A stretch of DNA of 63,962 nt, the filler included, from Candidatus Woesearchaeota archaeon (GTDB lineage Archaea > Nanobdellota > Nanobdellia > Pacearchaeales > UBA284): assembly GCA_964354405.1 (NCBI GenBank). It is 6 parts of 3 records of this genome, joined end to end, with 100 filler letters (N's around TTAATTAATTAA, not from the genome) between each part and the next. Parts side by side here need not be neighbours in the genome. Positions count along the whole stretch, not along the records: positions 43,615 to 57,227 come from CAYGZP010000001.1; positions 57,328 to 62,387 come from CAYGZP010000002.1; positions 62,488 to 63,962 come from CAYGZP010000029.1; 3 more parts are not named here. One strand, given 5' to 3'. The notes beneath the pieces are model-generated. The model saw nothing but the letters and a program-made list of their open reading frames with translations, had not been told where the DNA came from and made no database searches. Positions 50,034 to 63,866 of the stretch are shown here, piece by piece. A program made the translations under genes and the position numbers. Each line of letters begins with the position of its first letter. Within the stretch, counting starts at the first letter, position 1.

Positions 50034-53000
50034 TAATTAATCTATTAAGGGATAAAAAGAGCATAGTCAAATCTCTATTGATATTGATAGTTATCTCCGC
50101 GGCATTTTTCTTCCTCATTTCAATGGCAACAATAATCGCAGAGAACGAGACGCAGACAAACCAGACAAATGGAACAAATCAGACAATAGGTAACGAAACA
50201 AATGAAACTAACCTAACAGAGCCTCCAATTATTGAACCAGAATGCTTAGTTGATGAGGATTGCTATGATAATAATGAATTAACAACTGATTTGTGCATTG
50301 AGAACATCTGTTATCACGAACTTATCGAGCCTCCATCAAATGCAACAAACCAGACAATAGGCAACGAGACAAACATCACAGAGCTCATCCAAGAGCCCGC
50401 GGAAATCGGAAAGCCAGTTCAATGGAAAGTAAAAGTTAAGGCTCTGACTCTTAAAGAAGCCAAACAAAACTTACCAAAAGAAGCAAAAGTAAAAACTCAT
50501 GATAAAATTTCCGATGAATCTTTTGAGATTAATTACGAGACTCCCGCGCCCGAAGCAACAGAAGAAAAAATAAATGATCACAAAAAAATTATAACTATCA
50601 CAGCGCCCGAGCTAAACTACACCAATATTTTGATATATACAGATATTTCAGAGACAGTAAAAGGAGAAATAAAATTATATTGGCTTGTTGACAATTCTAG
50701 ACAAGAAGTCGCTTTCACAATAAAAGATACTAATGATAATGGAGTGATTGATAGAATCGAGTGGATTGTTCCTCACTTGTCAAATCAAACCTACGAGATC
50801 ATTGTTATAACAAAAGCCGAGCATCTCGACGAAAACAGAATTTTCATATCAGACATTTATAATGAAACATATCAATTGGATGGCATCTGGAGTGAAGAGA
50901 TTCCTAACGAGCATTATGTCAGGGTTACATTCGAAATCCCCCTAAGTAACAATAGAGATATAACAATTTATCCTCATGTTGTTTCTGGAAATCCAAGAAT
51001 AGAAGTTTACGAAGTTAATACCACAGATTTAATTGCAGAATTTACAGATCTTGTTTCAAACGAATATAACAAGGTTCTTCTGACAGACCTTGAGGGAAGC
51101 CAAGATACTTTTGATTTAAAAGTCGTCGAAGGAAGTGTCGAATTGGACCATATTATTGATCCAATCCCTTACCAGACATCCTATGATTTTTGGGATACAA
51201 GAAATAAGGCATATTGGTCACAATCAACAACAAATAATCTTTGGGCTACAGTAACTGAAGCAAGTGCGGGGCAGTATACTGATCTAAAAACTGATGATGC
51301 AGCATTTGCAGTTGTTTGTAGTACTTCACAAAATGATTTTCCTTTTTGGAGAATGAATATAACCATAAATCAAACAACTGCAAATATAAATTGGATGAAT
51401 GTCTCTTTCAATGGACTTGAGAATGGTACTGGGCCTGGGGAGACAGCAACTGTTTATGTTTATAATTGGACTTCTCGGGCTTGGCTTACGGTTGGAACTC
51501 TTTTAGAAAGTGGAAATAATACTGTTTCAGTTAATTATACAAGCGGATTTAATACAATCCTAAATCCTACTACTAATAATTTAACAATAGCAGCTCAAGG
51601 AGCAAGCTTTGATAGTGGAGAATGTGTAAACGTTGATTATGTGAGAGTAATAGTTGGTGGGACAGACAACGACCCCCTCGCGTCATTCGGAGCAAATCCA
51701 ATAAATTATTACAACTCGACAAGCCAAACGCTGACATTCGAGACAAAATGTTCTGACGATATTGGTGTAAATAATTTGCAATTATGGAGCAACTGGAGCG
51801 GCTCATGGCAAGACAACCAAACAAACAGCTCTCCAGTCAACGATACATTCTGGAATGTTTCAGTTGGATTAATCTCGGAAGGAACATATGTATGGGCTGT
51901 GTGGTGTAACGATAGCGCGGGAAATGGCGACTGGACAAACACGAACAGAACTTTAACAATAGACCTAACAAAACCATATAATATAACTTTGAATCTTCCA
52001 GTTGATACTTTTAACACAACCTCTCAAAACCTAAGTTTTAATTTTACAGCTTACGATAACATGGCTTCTACGATAAACTGTTCTTTATATCTTGATTCTG
52101 TTTTGCAAACAACTAATTCATCAACTTTAAATGCGACTCTGACAGATTTTAATCTTACAAATATAGCCGAGGGGAGTCATCAATGGAATATAAGCTGTAT
52201 AGATTTAGCCGGAAATTCAAATACATCTGAAACAAGAACCTTTATTGTTGATTTTTCTCCCCCAAATGTTACTTCTATTACCTTAACACCAAGCTCTATT
52301 GATGATATTGATCCTAATGTGCAAATAAATGCAACAGCAAATTTAACTGATTTAGTTGCCATAGACACGGTAATTTTTCAATACAAGCAAGCTTCTGCGG
52401 GTGATTGGACAAATGACACAATGGACGACAATAGCTCAAATGTCTATGTAAATGCAACTTTCACCCCAAATCTAAATGGAGTATGGAATTATAGAATCTG
52501 GGCTAACGATAGTTTAGGAAATTCCGGCTATAACCCCCAGACAAATTTAACAGTAGAATATGAGTATACATGGAATATTTCTAATACAAGTTTCGGAACT
52601 GTTTCAGGAGTTTTAAATAGCAACACAAGCCTGGAGACTTTAACAATTAACAATACAGGTGATTATACATTAAATTTTGATTTAAGCCATAATGCCCCTT
52701 ATGGAATGACTTATAATGAAACAGAGCCTTTTGACTTGGCTGCAAATACAATAAAAAAGATTAATATCACAGTAAATTTTGGCCCGACTGCAAGAGAAGA
52801 TTCTGTAACAATAAGAATAGATGCTACTTCCAGCAACGCAGACCCTTCTGAAAGAAATATTACTTTAACTTTAGTTAGTTATGCTGGTGGAGCATATATC
52901 TACAATACTTTGATAAGCTACCCAACAACGGTAAATCAAAGCAGCTTAATTAATCTTTATGGCTCTGTCAAAAATATAGGAAACGAAACAGCTTTAAACA

Positions 53001-54688
53001 CAATTCTTTCTTGGATAGTGCCGAGCTCTTATTGGACGAATGTTTCAGGTAATCTAACTCAAGAGCCCTCTAATGTAACAGCAGATTCAACTATATATAA
53101 CAATGTAACAATAAATGTTTCTTCTTCTGTAAGTCCTGGTCCTTATACTATTTATTTAAATTCAACTTGTGATAATAATGTTAGTACTTGCTCTGACTTA
53201 GAGTCTTTTACAATCTATGTTTATTGTTCTAGTTCTGATGGTGTTTGTGGAGCTGGTTGTAGTTATGAAACCTCTTCTGCAAACTACGATTCTGATTGCT
53301 CTGCACCTCCTCCTGGTGGCCCTGGTGGCGGAGGAGCTGGAGGCGGGGGCGGAGCAATAGTTTTAGGGCCAGAAACCATTGTATACTCAAAAACGATTGA
53401 AATTGTCAGAGGAGAGGAAGATAGTTTTGAAATTGAAGTTAAAAACAATTATATTGATTCAGCTTTAGAGGACCTAACTCTTGATCTAACAGGGTTTCCA
53501 TCCCAGTACATAACCATATCTCCAAGTAAAATTGATAGAATTAATCCTGGAGAAACAAAGAATTTTAGTGTTAAATTAAAAATTCCTCCTTATAAAGAAT
53601 CCTATGAAGAATACACACTAAAAGCTGTTATATTAGGGTATAAAGTAGACGGGATAGCAAAACAACAGTATACAGAGATTCAGAATATAAAATTAATTAT
53701 ACAGGAAATCAGCAGGGAAGCAAGTAATTTAAGTTTGTCAGAAGCAGAAAAAGCAATTTTAGAAATGAAAAATGCGGGATTTAATACCCAAGAAGTTAGT
53801 AAATTATTAGAACAGGCAAAATTAAAACTTTCTGAAAAAAGGAATAAAGAATCACAAATTTTATCTCAACAAATTATAATGATAAGGGATAAAGCAGTCA
53901 CGACTGATAATTTAATAAGAAGAGTTGCAGAAGCCTTGCAGAATCCCAAAAAAAGTTATTTATTAGTTGGAGATGTTGTAAAAGAATTCAATGGAGAAGA
54001 TAAAAATATCCCTCTAGAAAATCTTTTAACTGGAAAGACTATATTTGGTAGCGAATCTACGAGAGAGCTTTTAGAATTGGCTATAGCGGCTTTTGAGAGG
54101 GGAGATTATAATACTGCAGAAGAGAGGGCCAAATCCGCACAATCAGCTTTGTTGTTGGAAAGAAAAGGCGATTTTGGCCTGTTTTTATATATGTATTGGC
54201 ATTTTATTTTAATAGGACTTTTGATATTTTCATTTGCAGGAGTTTTGTCTTATAAAACTTACCAAAAATCTTCAATAACAAAAAGAGTAGGGGATATAAA
54301 CAAAGAGGAGGATAACATAAGAAGCCTGATATCTTCTTCACAAAAAGATTATTTCTCTGGAAAAATTTCAGCTGGGCAGTATCATGGGGTAATGAGTCAG
54401 CATCAGAATAAATTGGCAAAAATAAAACAAGAAAGATTAAGCTTAAGAAATAAAAGAATAAAGATGCTGAAACCTCAGCAGATTTTACAGGATTTAGGAA
54501 TAGAAAGAATGCAAGTTGAAAATGGGATTAAAAAATTACAGGGGCAGTTTTACAGAGATAAAAAAATCTCTGAAAATGAATATAACACAGAATTTAAAAT
54601 TTTGAATGAAAGACTGGCTGAAATAGAAGGGGAGAAAATAACTTTAGAATTATTAAAGCAAAAGAAGCTCAATAGAATTAAATTTTAA
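50030..54688 (+). CDS. giant surface glycoprotein (Ig-like/CARDB-like repeats, TM, cytoplasmic coiled-coil tail)
   Basis: Signal peptide, many sequons, poly-Gly linker, TM near residue 1400, ~145-aa charged tail. Confidence 0.8.
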   Translation: MIINLLRDKKSIVKSLLILIVISAAFFFLISMATIIAENETQTNQTNGTNQTIGNETNETNLTEPPIIEPECLVDEDCYDNNELTTDLCIENICYHELIEPPSNATNQTIGNETNITELIQEPAEIGKPVQWKVKVKALTLKEAKQNLPKEAKVKTHDKISDESFEINYETPAPEATEEKINDHKKIITITAPELNYTNILIYTDISETVKGEIKLYWLVDNSRQEVAFTIKDTNDNGVIDRIEWIVPHLSNQTYEIIVITKAEHLDENRIFISDIYNETYQLDGIWSEEIPNEHYVRVTFEIPLSNNRDITIYPHVVSGNPRIEVYEVNTTDLIAEFTDLVSNEYNKVLLTDLEGSQDTFDLKVVEGSVELDHIIDPIPYQTSYDFWDTRNKAYWSQSTTNNLWATVTEASAGQYTDLKTDDAAFAVVCSTSQNDFPFWRMNITINQTTANINWMNVSFNGLENGTGPGETATVYVYNWTSRAWLTVGTLLESGNNTVSVNYTSGFNTILNPTTNNLTIAAQGASFDSGECVNVDYVRVIVGGTDNDPLASFGANPINYYNSTSQTLTFETKCSDDIGVNNLQLWSNWSGSWQDNQTNSSPVNDTFWNVSVGLISEGTYVWAVWCNDSAGNGDWTNTNRTLTIDLTKPYNITLNLPVDTFNTTSQNLSFNFTAYDNMASTINCSLYLDSVLQTTNSSTLNATLTDFNLTNIAEGSHQWNISCIDLAGNSNTSETRTFIVDFSPPNVTSITLTPSSIDDIDPNVQINATANLTDLVAIDTVIFQYKQASAGDWTNDTMDDNSSNVYVNATFTPNLNGVWNYRIWANDSLGNSGYNPQTNLTVEYEYTWNISNTSFGTVSGVLNSNTSLETLTINNTGDYTLNFDLSHNAPYGMTYNETEPFDLAANTIKKINITVNFGPTAREDSVTIRIDATSSNADPSERNITLTLVSYAGGAYIYNTLISYPTTVNQSSLINLYGSVKNIGNETALNTILSWIVPSSYWTNVSGNLTQEPSNVTADSTIYNNVTINVSSSVSPGPYTIYLNSTCDNNVSTCSDLESFTIYVYCSSSDGVCGAGCSYETSSANYDSDCSAPPPGGPGGGGAGGGGGAIVLGPETIVYSKTIEIVRGEEDSFEIEVKNNYIDSALEDLTLDLTGFPSQYITISPSKIDRINPGETKNFSVKLKIPPYKESYEEYTLKAVILGYKVDGIAKQQYTEIQNIKLIIQEISREASNLSLSEAEKAILEMKNAGFNTQEVSKLLEQAKLKLSEKRNKESQILSQQIIMIRDKAVTTDNLIRRVAEALQNPKKSYLLVGDVVKEFNGEDKNIPLENLLTGKTIFGSESTRELLELAIAAFERGDYNTAEERAKSAQSALLLERKGDFGLFLYMYWHFILIGLLIFSFAGVLSYKTYQKSSITKRVGDINKEEDNIRSLISSSQKDYFSGKISAGQYHGVMSQHQNKLAKIKQERLSLRNKRIKMLKPQQILQDLGIERMQVENGIKKLQGQFYRDKKISENEYNTEFKILNERLAEIEGEKITLELLKQKKLNRIKF

Positions 54689-54694
54689 AAAATA

Positions 54695-55612
54695 TTGAAA
54701 ATGAAAAATAAATTTGCAATGTCAATCATAATGATTGCGAGCATTTTCTTAGTCATGACTTTCTTGTTTTCTGTTTCAAATATTCAGGCAGATGATCAAA
54801 CAAATGTAACAAAAGAAATGGCTCTGCAAGCTATTAATGAATCTGAAAAGATTATTAAAGAAATGCAAGAAAACAATTTGTCGGTAAATTCTATGGAAGA
54901 CAGTTTGATTGAAGCTAAAAGAGTTTTTCAACAAGCAGAATATGCCGAGATTTTAAGAAATGATAGTTTAAATTATAGTGAGAAAACAGAAGCAAGAGAA
55001 GCATTGAGATTGGTTAAATGGCAGGATATAACTTATGGGGCAGTTTTATCTTACACAGAGGATATAAAAAATGACAAGGAAAAAGCGTTTTTATTATTGG
55101 ATAAACTATCTGTTGAAGAGAATAAGTTAAATGAAGCAAGCAATGAAACAAAAGCAATTTTTGAACAAGCTAAACTAGCTTTTTCAGAAGAAAGGTATAA
55201 TGACACTGAAAAATTACTTGATGATTTTGAAAAAGCAGTTGAGAAAGAAAAAGCTGAAAATTCAATTTTATCTGGTATGACAAAAGCAACACAAAACTTT
55301 TTTCAAAGATATTGGATCCAGATTTTGGTTGTTTTAATTTTAATATTAATAATTGGTTATTTTGTTTATAAAAAAATTGAGAAAAAAAGATTAAGAGAAA
55401 AAATCAGGAAAATGAGAACAGAAGAACAAGTCTTGAATGATTTAATGAAAAAAACACAAACCGAGAGATTCAAGGAAAACAAGATTTCAGGATTAGTTTA
55501 TGATATAAGGATGAAAAAATATCAGAAAAGATTGCAGGAAATAAAAGAAGAGCTGCCTGTTTGGGAGGGGAGGCTGATTAAACTCAAAAGAAATGTTAAA
55601 AAAAAGATTTAA
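54695..55612 (+). CDS. membrane protein resembling the C-terminal part of the upstream giant protein
   Basis: Signal peptide, helical ectodomain, TM, tail with F..NKIS...Y motif. Confidence 0.75.
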   Translation: MKMKNKFAMSIIMIASIFLVMTFLFSVSNIQADDQTNVTKEMALQAINESEKIIKEMQENNLSVNSMEDSLIEAKRVFQQAEYAEILRNDSLNYSEKTEAREALRLVKWQDITYGAVLSYTEDIKNDKEKAFLLLDKLSVEENKLNEASNETKAIFEQAKLAFSEERYNDTEKLLDDFEKAVEKEKAENSILSGMTKATQNFFQRYWIQILVVLILILIIGYFVYKKIEKKRLREKIRKMRTEEQVLNDLMKKTQTERFKENKISGLVYDIRMKKYQKRLQEIKEELPVWEGRLIKLKRNVKKKI

Positions 55613-55636
55613 ATATCTAATTTTCTAATAAATAAT

Positions 55637-56527
55637 ATGAAGAAAAAAAGAGCTGGAAAAGTTGGGAAGAAAAAAGCAAAATCAAAGATTTTTGAGGCCC
55701 AGATTTTAAGGCAAAGGGCTCCTGTAAGTTATATTTCAAAACTCGAGCTGAAAGAAAAGAAAATTGGGAAAGGCAAAGAGAGAAAAAAATACATAGAGAC
55801 GAGAATTCCTGGTTTTGATGAGTTATTTGAGCATGGGATTCCTGAAGGAGCTTCTATTATTGTTGCGGGCGGCGCAGGAAGCGGGAAAACAATTTTTTGC
55901 TTACAAACTTTGGCTTATCATGCTTCTCAAGGAAAAAAATGCTTTTACATGAGCTTTGAAGAAAGCGAGGATAGATTGAAGCAGCATATGATAGATTTTG
56001 GATGGGATGCTGAAAAAATGATTAAATCTGGCAAGTTGAAAATACAAAGAACAAGTCCCTTTGAAATAACAAGAAATATGGATGCCCTTCTTGCCAAGGA
56101 GAAAGGCGAGTTATTAATTGATATTGACCCTGTTTTATTGCCAAAAGATTTTAAGCCAGATTTTATTGTTGTTGACAGCTTGACCGCAATTGCCTCTGCG
56201 TTTACAGGCAAAGAAGATTCATACAGGGTTTATATTGAGCAATTGTTTAGATTTTTTGAAAAAATTGAAGCCACAACTTTTCTTACCACAGAAACAAAAC
56301 AAATTCCAGAGATATTTTCTGCAACAGGTGTTGAGGAATTTCTTGCTGATGGGGTTGTTGTTCTTTATAATATAAAAAGAGGAGAGGCAAGGGAAAATGC
56401 AATAGAAGTTTTAAAAATGAGGGGCGAGAAGCATCAAAAGAGGATTGTTGCAATGCAGATTACTAATAAGGGAATTGTAGTTTATCCTGAACAAGAAGTT
56501 TTTGGCGGGCTTGGAGAAGAAGAATAA
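55637..56527 (+). CDS. KaiC-like (RecA superfamily) ATPase
   Basis: IPGFDEL..GIP, GGAGSGKT, SFEE, VVDS, EEFLADG, KMRG. Confidence 0.92.
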   Translation: MKKKRAGKVGKKKAKSKIFEAQILRQRAPVSYISKLELKEKKIGKGKERKKYIETRIPGFDELFEHGIPEGASIIVAGGAGSGKTIFCLQTLAYHASQGKKCFYMSFEESEDRLKQHMIDFGWDAEKMIKSGKLKIQRTSPFEITRNMDALLAKEKGELLIDIDPVLLPKDFKPDFIVVDSLTAIASAFTGKEDSYRVYIEQLFRFFEKIEATTFLTTETKQIPEIFSATGVEEFLADGVVVLYNIKRGEARENAIEVLKMRGEKHQKRIVAMQITNKGIVVYPEQEVFGGLGEEE

Positions 56528-56581
56528 AAAGCTTTAAAAATCAGTAGAACTTAAGCAAATAAGGAAAAAGAGGTAATCAAA

Positions 56582-57227
56582 ATGTCACAAAAAAATAATT
56601 TATCTAAAAAATCAATCCCTTCCGTTGTAATTGAGGGGGGGGGGGCGAGAGAAGAGATGGTAAAAAACATGGATAGGATTTTTAAAGGAAAAATAGCGAG
56701 GAAAATAATAAAAGATAGACATTTTAAAGGAAAAATAGCGAGGAAAATAATAAAAGAGGGGGCTGTTGTTTTAATTGTCGTTCCAGCTAAAAAACTTATT
56801 GAAATAAATACTAATATTCTTAAATGGTATGTATGTGAAAAAAAATATAACGCAGTTTATGTAACAGTAAACAAGCCTTTTTCTACTCTAATAGAACACT
56901 TTCAAAAGGAAAAAATAGAAACAAGCAAGATATTTATTATTGATGCTATAAGTCCTGGAACGCAAAGGACAGGAAATGCGATATTCATAGGCTCTCCAAA
57001 AGAGCTGACTAATATTTCAATAAGTACAACTTCTAAACTTGAACAGCTAAAAACCGCCAAAATACTTATTTTTGATTCAATAAGCACACTTTTAGTTTAT
57101 AATCACTTTGAAGTAGTAAAGGAGTTCATTCATTATATATCAAACAAGATGAAAGAATTGAAAATAACTTTCGTAATGACTTGCATTAAAGAGATGACTG
57201 ATGAAAAAACAATTGCTGAATTAAGAG
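56582..57227 (+). CDS. inactivated KaiC/RecA-fold protein (3' truncated)
   Basis: YVTVNKP, IIDAI, IFDSISTLLVYN; no Walker A. Confidence 0.7.
56672..56757 (+). repeat. in-frame 42-bp tandem duplication
   Basis: DRIFKGKIARKIIK / DRHFKGKIARKIIK. Confidence 0.9.
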
Positions 57228-57327
57228 NNNNNNNNNNNNNNNNNNNNNNNNNNNNNNNNNNNNNNNNNNNNTTAATTAATTAANNNNNNNNNNNNNNNNN
57301 NNNNNNNNNNNNNNNNNNNNNNNNNNN
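57228..57327. other. artificial contig linker
   Basis: N-run/TTAATTAATTAA/N-run. Confidence 0.99.
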
Positions 57328-57545
57328 TCATCTTGCGATGTCTGACGTACAGTCTCTGAGGATTTTTCTTTTCCAAAAAGAAAAGAAATCTTTCCTGCGG
57401 ATTGTCTGCATCCATAACATTTTTACGCGAACCAACTTTATAAAACTTAATAAATAATAAATTTTACAAAACTGTCGTCGTAGTTTGGAATTCTCAGATT
57501 TTCCCGCATATAGTCAAATTTTACTAAGGCTGCGTTATGCGTCCA
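57328..57545 (-). ncRNA. group I intron in 23S rRNA at the L1931-equivalent site (3' end cut off)
   Basis: Follows exon CUUAAGGU; IGS GCCUUAG; P UAUGCGGGAA, Q AAUCCGCAG, R CUCAGAGACU; P3 UUUGAC/GUCAGA. Confidence 0.88.
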
Positions 57546-59505
<1,960 letters not shown>

Positions 59506-59557
59506 CAAACTTAACGCTTCCAACCAGTATAAAAATTATCTTTCTAAAAAGACTTTA

Positions 59558-60136
59558 TTTTGATACAATCTTTTTTTAAAAGATTGTTTTGATAAAATCT
59601 TTTTTCAAAAGATTTTTTTTATCTAGTGTTGTGCTTACTACAGTGTCTCATATGCATCTTCAGGAAAGATTCTTTTGATAAAATCTTTTCCTAAAAGATT
59701 TTCTCAGCATCAACTCGGCCGACAAGCAACACTTGCCAGCGTCATATATTTTGTTTTTGATTGAATCTTTTTTCTAAAAAGATTCTTTTCATCGGGATTT
59801 TATCCCTTGTGAGAATGCAACGTTTCCAACGTTGCTGATGAATATTATTTTTTAATCTTAAAATGTCATTCTTTTTTATTTTTTATGCGCTAGAAAATTA
59901 TGGACCCGGTGGGAATCGAACCCACGACCTCCTCCGTGCAAGGGAGGCATTCTACCGCTGAACTACAGGCCCATGATTTTTCCAAGGCCTTGCAGCTTTT
60001 AAAAGTTATTGCAACGACAAGTTTATCATGAATCTTGTCTTGTCCTCGACAATCTCCGTCGTTTTCCTTTACTCTATAAATTCTCTTTTTGATTCAATCT
60101 TTTATTTTTGATAAAATCTTTTTTCTAAAAAGATTT
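59558..60136. repeat. cluster of hairpin repeats in the 16S-23S spacer
   Basis: Copies at 59558-59586, 59587-59615, 59673-59701, 59755-59785, 60106-60136; half copy at 60087-60103. Confidence 0.85.
59901..59972 (-). tRNA. tRNA-Ala(TGC) in the rRNA spacer
   Basis: GGGCCTG/CGGGTCC acceptor with G3:U70, CCTCC-CTTGCAC-GGAGG, GTTCGATTC. Confidence 0.96.
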
Positions 60137-60143
60137 AATTTAT

Positions 60144-61591
<1,448 letters not shown>

Positions 61592-61837
61592 TAATTGGGA
61601 AATCGCAATCGTTAAGCAAGTCATTGACAAAGATAAACGAGCCGCGCTTATCTCATCTCATTAACTTAACTCGCTATAAAACATATAAAACTTCAAAGAA
61701 TCGTCGAGAAAAACAAAATTTCTTTTTTGATTCACTGAATGACTGCCGTTGCAATAACATCATACCTTAATGTATGAATATGATTTTATTAAGGCACTCA
61801 TTCCTGACATTTTAGTATAATTCACGAGCAATGAGAA

Positions 61838-61853
61838 TTTATAAAGCTTTCGC
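61838..61853 (-). promoter_or_regulatory. probable rRNA operon promoter
   Basis: GCGAAAGCTTTATAAA BRE/TATA about 250 nt upstream of 16S. Confidence 0.6.
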
Positions 61854-61881
61854 TAATTTTTGTTAATTTCCGTTAGAAATA

Positions 61882-62385
61882 TTAATTTAAAATCTGGGGT
61901 TTGTCTATCCCTTTTTGGAAAGATCCCTGAGTTTCTTCCCAGTGGCGCCTGTCACAATACTGTTGTGCTCTCCATTCAGCAAGAAAATAATCCAATTCTG
62001 TTTTTGGATAGTTCCCTTTTTTTGCCATATCAAAAATATGATAGAGTTCATGCATTAAAACAATTTTCCTGTACAAATTTGAATCTCCAATTACTATTTT
62101 ATATTTTCCCTTTTCAGTTTGTTTGGCATACGCTCTGTTCTCGTCGCTGAAAAGCGCAGAAATGGAAATAGCTTCCAGTCCCATTTTTTTCTTTTCTTCT
62201 CTGAAATCTGCATTGAATTCAGCGCAATTTTTGTACTGCGGATACCATTTAAGTTGATAAGAATTTACATAACTCAAAACTTTAGGTGGTGCTTCTACAA
62301 GCATAAACAACAAAAGTTTTGTTGCGGCAAGCCCAATCAAACCTACCTTGACTCCGGTAAATACACTCCTGCAGATTTTTTTCAT
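61882..62385 (-). CDS. membrane-anchored protein with HExxH zinc-metallopeptidase-like motif
   Basis: N-terminal hydrophobic helix; LMHELYH with downstream E.RA. Confidence 0.6.
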   Translation of the reverse strand: MKKICRSVFTGVKVGLIGLAATKLLLFMLVEAPPKVLSYVNSYQLKWYPQYKNCAEFNADFREEKKKMGLEAISISALFSDENRAYAKQTEKGKYKIVIGDSNLYRKIVLMHELYHIFDMAKKGNYPKTELDYFLAEWRAQQYCDRRHWEETQGSFQKGIDKPQILN

Positions 62386-62387
62386 TT

Positions 62388-62487
62388 NNNNNNNNNNNNN
62401 NNNNNNNNNNNNNNNNNNNNNNNNNNNNNNNTTAATTAATTAANNNNNNNNNNNNNNNNNNNNNNNNNNNNNNNNNNNNNNNNNNNN
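62388..62487. other. artificial contig linker
   Basis: N-run/TTAATTAATTAA/N-run. Confidence 0.99.
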
Positions 62488-63840
62488 GTACAAGCATTTT
62501 TAGATGCTTGTCAAAATCGTCACGGCATTATGCCTGCTGGCACTTATAAAATTACTTCTGCGCTTAACCTTTACCCACAGTATTCATACAACATTGAAGG
62601 TGAATGCTGGGACAATGATGGCACCTACGGGACTGTTATTTATAATGCAGGAACCGGTAATGCCATTGTTTTGGACAACGGGAATCCGTATGTTCAAAAT
62701 TATGACCAACAAATTCGAATTGCCAATCTTTGTGTAAAAGGAAATTCCTCTTCTTTAAATGGAATTTATGTTCGATACTGTCAAATATTTCTTGAGAATG
62801 TTTGGTTAAGAGCACATGGCACAAACGGTCTATATCTTGAACGCGCATACTCTTGCTCGTTTAGGCAGGTAATACTTGCCAACAACAATCAAAATGGACT
62901 TTTTATAAACCGCATTGGCAACGCTCTTATTTTTGACCATTGCATTTTTAACGGCAACGGAACAGCCAACGGGTATGCTGGAGCATACGTTAGCGGTTTT
63001 ACGGGCGAAGAAAACTTAGGCGTATTGTTTGCTTCGTGCGATTTTACTGGCAACGGAGTTGGCGGTAGTGTCACTGTTGGTTACGGAATCATTGTTCAGT
63101 ATAGCCGTGGCGTATCACTTATTGGTTGCTATGCGGAAGGCAATAAATCTAGCAATTTGTACGCTGACAGCACAACTCAAAACTTAACCGTTACTGGCAG
63201 TTATTTTCAAGATGCAAACAGTACGGTTACTGGCGTTGACGGTCTTGTTTACGAAAATAACTTTCATCAGTACGTTACTAAAACAACCCAAATTAACGTG
63301 GCGGCAGGTATGCCGGGGTCGCGTTTGCCAACTCGTGTATTTGGAAACACATACACTGGCGGTGCAACTTCTAACCCAACTGGCGGTGCAAGCGAAAACA
63401 TAACGCTTTGGTACACTGGAGTTCCTAGCGGCGGCACTTGGAAGCGCGGCGACATTGTATGGAATTCAAACATACAAAACGGCGGTGGAAATCTTGGTTG
63501 GATTTGTATCAGCCCCGGTACGCCGGGAACTTGGCTAACTATTGGGCAAGTCCCATATGTTTACGGAAATGTAGCTGACGCAGGCATTACGCTTACACCA
63601 TTTTCATCGTTTACTACTAATTTTTGGCAATCTCCTTTGACCGCTGACCGCGCGGTAACTCTTAGCACTACGGGCGCTGTTTCTGGCGTTAAGTTTCGCA
63701 TTGTTCGTGGCGCGGCGGCCACTGGTGCGTTTAACTTAAACGTTGGTACTGGGCCATTAAAGGCTTTGGCAGCGGGGCAATGGTGTGACGTTGAATATGA
63801 CGGCTCAGTGTGGCGTCTTGCGGCGGCTGGTTCGCTGTAA
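62488..63840 (+). CDS. pectate-lyase-like beta-helix protein, probable phage tailspike (5' truncated)
   Basis: In frame from contig start VQAFLDAC...MPAGTYKIT; beta-helix repeats; P..GTWKRGDIVWN...GWIC...GTPGTW motif. Confidence 0.7.
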   Translation, partial: VQAFLDACQNRHGIMPAGTYKITSALNLYPQYSYNIEGECWDNDGTYGTVIYNAGTGNAIVLDNGNPYVQNYDQQIRIANLCVKGNSSSLNGIYVRYCQIFLENVWLRAHGTNGLYLERAYSCSFRQVILANNNQNGLFINRIGNALIFDHCIFNGNGTANGYAGAYVSGFTGEENLGVLFASCDFTGNGVGGSVTVGYGIIVQYSRGVSLIGCYAEGNKSSNLYADSTTQNLTVTGSYFQDANSTVTGVDGLVYENNFHQYVTKTTQINVAAGMPGSRLPTRVFGNTYTGGATSNPTGGASENITLWYTGVPSGGTWKRGDIVWNSNIQNGGGNLGWICISPGTPGTWLTIGQVPYVYGNVADAGITLTPFSSFTTNFWQSPLTADRAVTLSTTGAVSGVKFRIVRGAAATGAFNLNVGTGPLKALAAGQWCDVEYDGSVWRLAAAGSL

Positions 63841-63866
63841 ATAGCCTTTTTTAGTAAGGAACCACC

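Noticed and set aside
59558..60136. Spacer repeats as a CRISPR array
   Set aside because: Irregular spacing (0 to over 300 bp), variable repeats, no cas genes, located inside an rRNA operon.
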